Part shown: positions 7,244-13,791 of the stretch, piece after piece
How the letters are laid out: each line of letters begins with the position of its first letter
How positions within the stretch are numbered: the stretch's first letter is position 1
Source of the DNA: Nitrososphaerota archaeon
Lineage (GTDB): Archaea; Thermoproteota; Nitrososphaeria_A; Caldarchaeales; Caldarchaeaceae
Length of the DNA stretch: 18,135 bases
Reading direction: 5' to 3'
NCBI GenBank assembly: GCA_038891515.1
Contig: JAWAEB010000029.1
Coordinates: 1-18,135 of the forward strand
Notes under the pieces: model-generated
Databases searched by the model: none
The model's input: the letters and a program-made list of their open reading frames with translations, nothing else
Told to the model about the DNA's origin: nothing
Program-made: the position numbers and the translations under genes

Positions 7244-7278
7244 GGGCCCGTGGCCTAGAATGGATAGGGCGTCGGCCT
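7244..7278 (+). tRNA. Orphan 5' half of a tRNA gene (positions 1-33; Arg-like body), with no 3' half in the window
   Basis: Folds as acceptor GGGCCCG, then UG, D-stem GCCU/GGGC with loop AGAAUGGAUA, G26, 5' anticodon stem UCGGC, then C32 U33. The following AUUGUGGUUUAG has no complementary GCCGA, T-arm or 3' acceptor. The Arg-like assignment is from memory of archaeal tRNA-Arg bodies. Confidence 0.6.
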
Positions 7279-7765
7279 ATTGTGGTTTAGAGTGTTGTTT
7301 GTCCTTCTTTTTTCTTGGGTTTTTTCTTAAAACTCTGTTGCAGTATGAGCATTTATCCTTGTTTCTGAATGTTTGCTGACATACGCTACAAAAGCATTCT
7401 CCCCTATCATATCTTGGATGCCTGCCTGAAGGAGTATAAAGAGGCTCTTCATGGTCTTTATAGCTGAAGTGAGGCATCCCGTTCTCAGCCCATAGGGTTA
7501 TCCTAACCTGTCTCTCGTCATGGGACTCTATGTGGAAGAGGTTTTTGTAGGCTGACGGTATTCTAAGCCTGAAGCCTGCTGTAACATCATACCTTCCCTG
7601 AAACATGTCTTTCTTAACGCAGGCTGTATAATCTCCTTTATCTGGTATGTTTAGTGCTTGCGATACCGTTTTAGGCAGTTTAAGCTTCATGCTTCCACCG
7701 TTCTCGTATATTATTCTTGCGACGCATTCAAAAGCGTTAGGAAGGAAGATTTGCTGGTGAGCCAT
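7277..7765 (-). CDS. Hypothetical 162-aa protein: duplicated AbrB/B3-like strand-Pro motif plus a C-terminal CxxC...CxxC zinc ribbon and basic tail
   Basis: ORF track. Two internal repeats of the same pattern are present (KLKLPKTVSQALNI and RLRIPSAYKNLFHI). The zinc ribbon is CSVCQQTFRNKDKCSYCNRVL and the tail is RKNPRKKKDKQ. Its TAG stop (7277-7279) overlaps the last 2 nt of the tRNA fragment. Confidence 0.55.
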   Translation of the reverse strand: MAHQQIFLPNAFECVARIIYENGGSMKLKLPKTVSQALNIPDKGDYTACVKKDMFQGRYDVTAGFRLRIPSAYKNLFHIESHDERQVRITLWAENGMPHFSYKDHEEPLYTPSGRHPRYDRGECFCSVCQQTFRNKDKCSYCNRVLRKNPRKKKDKQHSKPQ

Positions 7766-8463
7766 TCAACTCAACAGCATCCAGCCACGATGAACCCATG
7801 GCTGTCGTCATGGATTTTCAAACGATACATAGCCAATCAGAGGGTTGTCGTAGAGCCTGTGTGCGGGGTGGGGTGAACAGCTGTGTAGGCTCCTATCCTC
7901 ATCCAGCCCATAGCCTGCGGACTGCATGCCGGTCAAACATTCATCATCAACGACATAAACCCCAGCTATGCTATAACAGCACATGGTATTATTTCGGAGC
8001 TTCTGAGGTTTACGAACCACAGCTCGTCGGTGTTTAAGTTCGAAGGCCCCGCCGAGACACTGCATTATACGCTCAGACGATTGTCTCTGGAGCACGGTTT
8101 GCCTATCCGAGGGGGGTCGCTAACACTGTGGTGTTCAGCCCGCCCTACTGCAACATCATGTCTTCGCCGAAGAAGGAGCTACGTGGCTTCGCTAAGGATG
8201 AGGTGAGGACTTTTCTTGGTGGCAACTACAGGGCTTTCATACAGCAAATCATAGCCTCGGCCTACATCATGCTGAGGCGGTTCGGCTGGTGTGTTGTCGT
8301 CGTTAAGCATACTGTTTCGACGGCTCCGAAGCTTCGGATTCCAGAGACTGTGGAAGAGACTATGAAGACGATTGGATTTAAAAACGTTGAGAGACATGTT
8401 TTCCAGCTAGCCAAGCCTTCGGCCTACTTCGAGTTGCATAAAAGCCGTGGACATACCTGCTAA
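7757..8463 (+). pseudogene. SAM-dependent N6/N4 DNA (or RNA) methyltransferase inactivated by two nonsense codons and at least one frameshift
   Basis: Frame A reads HPATMNPWLSSWIFKRYIANQRVVVEPVCGVG-TGA-TAV-TAG-APIL...FIINDINPSYAITAHGIISEL. This covers motif X, motif I and the post-I region. The stops are at 7874-7876 and 7886-7888. After a frame change between about 8040 and 8127, ORF 8128..8463 carries motif IV (VVFSPPYCN) and downstream motifs (YRAFIQQ, LRRFGWCVVVVK). A possible further shift leads into 8447..8851. Confidence 0.6.
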
Positions 8464-8851
8464 CACCTCAGATACGAATATGTTATCATTGGTCAGAAGA
8501 CCGCTCAACGTCCATTTGCGGGGGCTGAGGCCAATGCCTGAAACCGCTTTAGAAAGCATCAGAGACAGATACGCAGACCTCTTCATCCTTGCTGGTGATA
8601 AGGCTGAGTTTGAGAGGCTTATAGAGGCCGTGGACAACGCGGTTAACACCTCTATCTCCGACGACGTCGGCGTAATAGCCAAGTTTATGGCTTTAACTAA
8701 TGCTGAGAAAACCATCGACTCTTTCGCAGACTTCTACAGGAGATACATTCAGCCAACGGTTGTCAACAACTTGTCTGAAGACCTTAGATGGGTTCTGGAG
8801 AAGGCCAGAGAAACAGCGACAATACTATGGCTGGAGGGATGTAAGAGATGA
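8447..8851 (+). CDS. Hypothetical 134-aa ORF, possibly the frameshifted C-terminal/TRD part of the methyltransferase
   Basis: ORF track. It overlaps the end of the methyltransferase frame. The N-terminal NMLSLVRRP resembles the hE.ilv..K motif that ends methyltransferase catalytic cores. The rest is helical and unrecognised. Confidence 0.35.
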   Translation: MDIPANTSDTNMLSLVRRPLNVHLRGLRPMPETALESIRDRYADLFILAGDKAEFERLIEAVDNAVNTSISDDVGVIAKFMALTNAEKTIDSFADFYRRYIQPTVVNNLSEDLRWVLEKARETATILWLEGCKR

Positions 8852-9279
8852 TGGCCACCCCGAATAGGGGTTTATAAACCTCTCGGGAAAGTAGGTAGAA
8901 TAGGCTCATATCTGTCTAGGGTGCTGAGGATTAAGCTGTGGCCCTAGCTTACTCAATGTCTCCGAGTACCATGGCCCTCGTATCTGAAAAATGTGGACAC
9001 ATTGGGACACTTGCTACTACATGGTTGATCACAAGCATCGCATTCTAACCCCTCTTCCTAAGGGTAGCCCTAACAGCTATAATCATGCCGGAACTCGCGT
9101 CGCCAGCAGTCAAAACGTATACCACCTTTCCCGAGAGTTTCATCTTGCTCTCATCTACTACATTAACTCTCCTTTCGTCTATCGCGGGACCTAGGAGAGC
9201 CCTGCCAACAATCCTAACACGTAGACCAAAGCCCCGATAATGCAGGCTGAAGACCTGTGTGTCGGCGATTAGGCCCGTC

Positions 9280-10494
9280 TCAAAGTATGAACCTTAGTGA
9301 AAACAGGGTATGAAGGGAGAGGAGGGGTGACTTCAGAAGGCCTAGTCGAACCAAGCATTGCTGGAGTCTCCGTTGTTTTCTCTCGATCGTGAATCCTATG
9401 TGTTTGTAGAACGTCAGCCGAAAGGCAGCAGGAATGTGGAGAATGTAGACGTCCTTCTTTGTATAGTGTATTTTACCGCTTCTCGGCTCTTTGATAGGTG
9501 TTCCACTCTTTGTTTGAAGACGTGGTTCTGTCGTATTTACACCCATTGAAGACAACAGACTCCAAATATAGTTCAGCAGTGCTAAGTCAGTGTTGGATAC
9601 AGTTATCACTCCATCCTTCCGTACACTGCCTTCGCTGTCAAAGAACCCCCTTAGGAATGCCGACTTGCATTCTTCGTCATGTCCCACGAATTTTCTGACT
9701 TTCTCTAAGTTGATGGGCTTCATCAGTAGTTGGTATAGCGTTTTGGACTGAACGGCGATGACGAATAACCTTCCTGACCATTTCGGCTTTGGCGGCTCTC
9801 GTCCCAAAATTACTCCAAGACACCTTGAGAATTCCTCGGCGAACTCTCTATCCTTCACCATCAACCCTATGGACGCTCTTTGATAGGATTTTTGAGGTCG
9901 TTTTTTCCGCCACACGTATCCGTCGCCAGCGACAACTCCGATGACGTACGCGAGCTCTTTAGAAGGTCTGAGAACTTCTACTGATGGTATTCGTATGCCG
10001 TTGTATGGGTTATGGATTTGTCGAACCCATTCACTGATGTGGGATTTTCTTAACGTTATGCCACGTTCCTGCCTTATGATATCAATGATTCTACTGTAGG
10101 AGAACCCTTCTTCCCTGAGTCTTCTCACGTCTTCGTATAGTTTTATCCGCAGCTCTCTCGGCATGTATGGGCCTCTTCTTACTGTCGTAGTGTGTTTAGG
10201 AAATTTTTGCGGGATTGTTTCAGATGTCTTCGAACCCCTCCCCTCTCCAGATGCCCAGGCCTTGTCGAGGGATGGCGGGCATCCAGACCATCCCCCGCCC
10301 CCTGCAGCATTGGGTTGCTCTGGCCCGGGAGCAGACCCCTCCCCAACGCCGGAGGCAGGGCCTTCAACCATGTCCCCCGTGGACATGGCTCTCCCGGGAA
10401 GGCCTGGGCCGCCGGAGAGCATCCCCGACAGGAGGAAAGAACCTCCCGCCGGAGAACCACTCTCCAGCGGAAGGCCCTCCCATCGGGGAAACAT
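9280..10494 (-). CDS. Free-standing HTH + double-motif LAGLIDADG homing-endonuclease-like protein; the conserved part probably starts at the ATG at 10164
   Basis: LAGLIDADG motif 1 is LAYVIGVVAGDGYV and motif 2 is AFLRGFFDSEGSV. The N-terminal HTH-like segment is RRLREEGFSYSRIIDIIRQERGITLRKSHISEW. The first 110 codons of the maximal ORF are Gly/Pro-rich low complexity and lie in a region open in five of six frames. The real start is therefore more likely MPRELRIKLY, giving 9280..10164 and 294 aa. Confidence 0.8.
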   Translation of the reverse strand: MFPRWEGLPLESGSPAGGSFLLSGMLSGGPGLPGRAMSTGDMVEGPASGVGEGSAPGPEQPNAAGGGGWSGCPPSLDKAWASGEGRGSKTSETIPQKFPKHTTTVRRGPYMPRELRIKLYEDVRRLREEGFSYSRIIDIIRQERGITLRKSHISEWVRQIHNPYNGIRIPSVEVLRPSKELAYVIGVVAGDGYVWRKKRPQKSYQRASIGLMVKDREFAEEFSRCLGVILGREPPKPKWSGRLFVIAVQSKTLYQLLMKPINLEKVRKFVGHDEECKSAFLRGFFDSEGSVRKDGVITVSNTDLALLNYIWSLLSSMGVNTTEPRLQTKSGTPIKEPRSGKIHYTKKDVYILHIPAAFRLTFYKHIGFTIERKQRRLQQCLVRLGLLKSPLLSLHTLFSLRFIL

Positions 10495-10496
10495 GA
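10215..10496. other. G+C-rich island free of stop codons in five of six frames, with nested inverted repeats
   Basis: The ORF track shows all three plus-strand frames and two minus-strand frames open here. By hand count, 163 of 240 nt (68%) are G+C in 10261-10500. An 11-nt perfect inverted repeat pairs 10253-10263 with 10399-10409. Hairpins lie at 10269-10294 and 10369-10387. The direct repeat CCGCCGGAGA occurs at 10409-10418 and 10446-10455. Confidence 0.6.
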
Positions 10497-11102
10497 AGGG
10501 GTTTGTCTTAGATTGCTTTAGCGTTTATTGTTAAAATCAGCTGCGGCGACGATGGTTTTCCCTTGGCTGTTCAGGCTCTAGCGCCTGACCTGTTTGAGAG
10601 CACGAACGCTCTCTTTCTGCGGGAGCTCGAGCGCTCCCCAACAGCCCCAGCCACACAAAGGGGCATTACACCTTCTCCCTCCACGTGTGGCCGTGTGTAT
10701 GGTGTTCTGGCTTTGTAAAAAATTTATCTTCCCACTTTCAGCCATCTCTCATACCTCAAATCTAAATCTCTATGATGCTGTTTAGACCAATTAAACTCGA
10801 AAAGGGTTTATATTCGAAAAGTCTGGTTGTAGGGGTAAAGGGGTGCTGGTGTGTATGGGGTGGCAAAGGGAGGTTGTGTTTTTGAGGCTCGTTTGAATAG
10901 TCTTCTGGCGGCTGGCAACCTTCAAACAGGCCATCCACCTGCGTGGCGTTATAATACGTTCTAGAATCAGCCATCAGCCCATCCATCTCAATTTTCAGTT
11001 CTTTAGGGGAAGGGTGTGAAGCTAAAACCCACTCACATCACACTAAGAAACCCAAGCCTCCAAATAGGAACGAATCTGGATAGTACATTAGCTCGTGGTT
11101 AG

Positions 11103-11600
11103 GACGAGCTGACCAGCTTAGGCGTGATATCCAGTAGGGGTTGAGTAAGATCTCAGGGCGAATGGATTATCAACCTCCCAAAAACATCCCGCATGGTAAA
11201 AGGTATGGACTAGGAGCAGATAGCCTCCGGATAAGGAGCGGTATTTTATGGGCTTAGGCCTGTCACGAATGTCTAAGAACATTTGTCAGGTTTTCCTCTA
11301 GACTAAGTTTTAGGCGGTGTATAACCGTGGGCAAGACAGCTGCAAGTTGCTGGCTCTGACAGATTCCTATGATAGGATCTGCCTAAATTCTTTTCCATTC
11401 CTTAAGAGCGCTCTCAAACAATCTCTAATTCTATGGGCAGTTACTGTGTGGGTCCATGGTATCCACGGGCATTGAGAAACACGGACTAAATGAGCACCAG
11501 AGAATCGCCATTAGGAACGAGCTTGAGAGGTTCTTCAGACACCTCAAGAAAAGGACGTGTATCCCACCAAAGGCTACGCGCAACACACAATGCGCATGAA
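11103..11600 (+). mobile_element. Degenerate DDE transposase remnant (IS6-family, ISC774-like from memory), broken by multiple frameshifts and stops
   Basis: Fragments in three plus-strand frames follow the order of the transposase catalytic region. KLLALTDSYDRICLNSFPFLKSALKQSLIL comes first. VGPWYPRAL (11451-11474) comes next. HGLNEHQRIAIRNELERFFRHLKKRT comes last and contains the RN-x-x-E-R-F motif with the catalytic Glu. The remnant ends 14 nt from the tRNA-Gln 3' end. Confidence 0.5.
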
Positions 11601-11613
11601 ATATATACGAGTA

Positions 11614-11686
11614 TAGCCCGGGCCGGATTCGAACCGGCGTCGAGGGGTCCAAAGCCCCCCATCCTTGGCCGCTAGACGACCGGGCT
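11614..11686 (-). tRNA. tRNA-Gln (anticodon UUG), 73 nt, no encoded CCA, no intron
   Basis: Hand-folded cloverleaf. Acceptor AGCCCGG/CCGGGCU with A1-U72 and discriminator A. D-arm GUCU-AGCGGCCAA-GGAU. Anticodon arm GGGGG-CUUUGGA-CCCCU. Variable region CGAC. T-arm GCCGG-UUCGAAU-CCGGC. Confidence 0.9.
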
Positions 11687-11708
11687 TCATTTAATCTTAG
11701 CTACCGTA

Positions 11709-11718
11709 TGATAAAAAA
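11709..11718 (-). promoter_or_regulatory. Putative TATA box (TTTTTTATCA on minus strand) for tRNA-Gln
   Basis: An A/T-rich element is centred about 27 nt upstream of the tRNA 5' end, immediately after the stop codon of the DUF59-like gene. Pattern only. Confidence 0.4.
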
Positions 11719-11719
11719 T

Positions 11720-12010
11720 TTATGGCTTCTGGTTTAGCCTCATGTTGATTAGGTCCGCCATGACGTGGTTCCGGCATATAATGGTGACTCTCTTTACACC
11801 CTCCACTCGGGAGGCTATTGCTTTGACCGCCTCTGCGTATGATAATGCTGTGGGCGTATATGGGTCTCTCGGCGTTATTGTGAGGATTACGTCACCGCCC
11901 CCCAGCTCCTCTATAGCAATGTCAATTGTGAGTGGGAATGCAGGAGCTCCGGAGGTAGGGTCCCGTATGCGGGTGAGGGATTTGTAGAGTCTCTGGGCCA
12001 GCTCTCCCAT
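11720..12010 (-). CDS. Small conserved protein, DUF59/MIP18-like (tentative), 96 aa
   Basis: The C-terminal 96 codons of ORF 11720..12226, starting at MGELAQRLYKSL (ATG at 12010). Coding status is supported by conservation with the 3392..3775 paralog. The upstream 72 codons of the track ORF are Ser/Thr-rich and antisense to the ATPase H-like gene, so they were rejected. The family assignment is uncertain. Confidence 0.65.
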   Translation of the reverse strand: MGELAQRLYKSLTRIRDPTSGAPAFPLTIDIAIEELGGGDVILTITPRDPYTPTALSYAEAVKAIASRVEGVKRVTIICRNHVMADLINMRLNQKP

Positions 12011-12083
12011 ACATATGTGATGGGTTGCTGTGGAATTTAAGGATGGGAAAAGACTAAATGAAGGTCTTTGACATGTTTGGGCT

Positions 12084-12419
12084 GTGGAAGGCGAAGGCTC
12101 TGAGCTGGAGAAAGTAGTGCATAGGCTTTCTGAAGTGGAGTCGGAGTTGGATAAGCTTGTGGCCGAGGCTGGCAGGGCGGGGAGAGAGCTTGTTCTCACC
12201 GCCGAGAAAGAGGCTGTGAACCTCAAGGCTAAGCTCTTGGCCGAGATGCAGTCCGTTCAGGAGAGGCTTCTCGCAGAGACCAGCGCAGAGGCGGAGGCTA
12301 GGGCTAGGGAGATAATGGAGAAGGCTGAGAGAGAGGCGGCTGAGGTTAGGGCGAGGGCGGAGAGGCGGGTGGATGAGGCTGTTAGGCTTGCTGTCTCGGC
12401 TCTGCTGGGGGAGCGCTAG
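12084..12419 (+). CDS. atpH: A-type (V-type) ATP synthase peripheral-stalk subunit H-like coiled-coil protein, 111 aa
   Basis: ORF track, GTG start. The Glu/Ala/Arg-rich coiled coil (AEAEARAREIMEKAEREAAEVRARAERRVDEA) is typical of archaeal subunit H/G. It lies directly upstream of the subunit C gene. Confidence 0.5.
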   Translation: MEGEGSELEKVVHRLSEVESELDKLVAEAGRAGRELVLTAEKEAVNLKAKLLAEMQSVQERLLAETSAEAEARAREIMEKAEREAAEVRARAERRVDEAVRLAVSALLGER

Positions 12420-12431
12420 AGAGGCAGTGGC

Positions 12432-13490
12432 TTGATGCGGGAGATAAAGCTGGACTCGGTTTACAGTGTTGCAAGGTCCTATGCGTTAAAGTCGTATCTC
12501 CTCCCATATCCAAGCATCGAAGAGCTGGTTGACTCTAGGAGCCTTGAAGATTTCGTGGATAGGTTGAGGGCAACACCCTACGGGAGCCACCTAGCACAGA
12601 TGCAGCGTCCAATCACTCCTATTAGGGTTGAGCGGGCCCTCTGGAGGAGCCTTGTGGACACACACTTTAGCATGATGAGAACCTCCCACAATAGGCCCAT
12701 CCTTGACGCCTACTTCAGCCGACACCTACACATCAACCTCAAGGCCGTTCTGAGGGGGAAGGCCATAGGCAAATCCTATGAAGAGATTATGGAGACTGTG
12801 GACCTCTACCCGGAGACGCTGCTCCATGTTAGAGATCAGGTGATGAGGGCTGTGAACGCCCGAGACATTCAGTCTGCTGTTGCGGAGGTGGCGAAGACAG
12901 AGCTGGGAAATGTGGCCAGAATCTCTTTGAGAGTCTGGAGTGAGCATAAGGATCTGGCCGCCTTCGACGCCGCGGTGGATAGGATATTCCTTGAGAACTT
13001 GCTGACCAGCTACCAACGCCTGTCCAAGAGCGATAGGAAGGACTACAAAGCGATAATCTCACTAGATGTGGACACGGGCATAGCTGTCACAATATTGAGG
13101 CTGAGGAGCTGGGGGGTTCTACCGCCGGATGTGGTGAAGTTCATACCTAAGGCCGGTGTGGAGATAGGTGATGAGGATATTAGAGGCCTTCTGGATGTGA
13201 AGGAGCCGGGTGAGGCTGTTTCCATCCTCTCAGGGGCTTTCGCCTGGCTCAGGACAACCGCTGTCAAGGATTTCCAGACTCTTATTAGGGAGCTGGAGAG
13301 GATGGCAGTGGAAGCCAAGATATCTCTAGCGTCCAAATACTACTTCAGGAGACCGATGAGAAACGTTCTCACACTTGCAATACTTATCCTGAAGGAGGCC
13401 GAGGTCAGGAATCTCGCCACGATTGCCACCGGATTGTATGAAGCCCAACCCAGCTCAAGCATCATCTCAAGGCTAGTCAAGACTGTCTGA
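12432..13490 (+). CDS. atpC: A-type (V-type) ATP synthase subunit C (AC39/d family)
   Basis: 352 aa. The N-terminus ([44 protein letters not shown]) matches the subunit-C pattern, and the size fits. The ATG at 12435 is an equally likely start. Confidence 0.8.
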   Translation: MMREIKLDSVYSVARSYALKSYLLPYPSIEELVDSRSLEDFVDRLRATPYGSHLAQMQRPITPIRVERALWRSLVDTHFSMMRTSHNRPILDAYFSRHLHINLKAVLRGKAIGKSYEEIMETVDLYPETLLHVRDQVMRAVNARDIQSAVAEVAKTELGNVARISLRVWSEHKDLAAFDAAVDRIFLENLLTSYQRLSKSDRKDYKAIISLDVDTGIAVTILRLRSWGVLPPDVVKFIPKAGVEIGDEDIRGLLDVKEPGEAVSILSGAFAWLRTTAVKDFQTLIRELERMAVEAKISLASKYYFRRPMRNVLTLAILILKEAEVRNLATIATGLYEAQPSSSIISRLVKTV

Positions 13491-13758
13491 TGCGGAAGCC
13501 AATATGGCCTTGGGCTGGCCCGCTCCAAGACACCTCAACTTTATCAACCCTGGCGGAGGGAGGGCCCCTATGACACCACTCCACCAGCCTGCGTACACTA
13601 TCTTCAGAGCCCTCGGCGTAAGCTTCCACACTTCCATCAGGCAGGTTTCTCACCCAACCCGAAACACCGAGACCGTCAGCCACATCCTTCATGTTAACCC
13701 TGAAGAAGACGCCCTGAACCCTTCCATAGACACGGATATGGGCTGAAACCCTTCTCAT
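13477..13758 (-). CDS. acyP: Acylphosphatase
   Basis: 93 aa with both signatures: [11 protein letters not shown] and [17 protein letters not shown]. It is convergent with atpC, with a 14-nt overlap. Confidence 0.9.
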   Translation of the reverse strand: MRRVSAHIRVYGRVQGVFFRVNMKDVADGLGVSGWVRNLPDGSVEAYAEGSEDSVRRLVEWCHRGPPSARVDKVEVSWSGPAQGHIGFRIRQS

Positions 13759-13791
13759 ACTTATATCACCTCACCAGCAATATTTATTGAA

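Noticed and set aside
9044-9268. Start-less minus-strand frame with a GKVVYVLTAGDASSGMIIAVRATLRKRG segment, vaguely like the N-terminus of UbiX/Dfp-type flavoproteins
   Set aside because: The resemblance is weak and from memory only. The frame has no start before M at 9142 and stops after 32 more codons. It is treated as an unassigned gene fragment.
9280-10494. Intein interpretation of the LAGLIDADG ORF
   Set aside because: The flanking sequences are in different frames and separated by stops. There is no Cys/Ser at an N-extein junction and no His-Asn plus Cys/Ser/Thr at the C-terminal junction. No recognisable host protein is split around it.
10215-10500. SRP (7S) RNA or RNase P RNA in the GC-rich island
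   Set aside because: I could not find the helix-8 type GNAR-loop/AGCA context or other signature elements by eye on either strand. It is kept only as a generic structured-RNA hypothesis that needs an Infernal scan.
10163-10534. Three overlapping plus-strand ORFs (10163..10534, 10192..10521, 10215..10496) and the minus-strand ORF 10179..10460
   Set aside because: All arise because the G+C-rich island lacks stop codons. Their products are Pro/Gly/Arg-rich low complexity and they mutually overlap, so they are not credible as separate genes.
10578-10745. 55-aa minus-strand ORF MAESGKINFLQSQNTIHTATRGGRRCNAPLCGWGCWGALELPQKESVRALKQVRR
   Set aside because: It is short with no recognisable family. 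It lies in a hairpin-rich non-coding-looking stretch, and its Cys cluster could be chance. It is not reported as a feature, but conservation is worth checking.
10762-10986. 74-aa minus-strand ORF in the island
   Set aside because: His/Pro/Thr-rich with no motifs. It is antisense to the region likely derived from the IS remnant 5' part, so it is probably spurious.
12011-12226. N-terminal 72 codons of track ORF 11720..12226
   Set aside because: This stretch is Ser/Thr/Pro-rich, has no counterpart in the paralog, and is antisense to the ATPase H-like gene. The conserved protein starts at the ATG at 12010.
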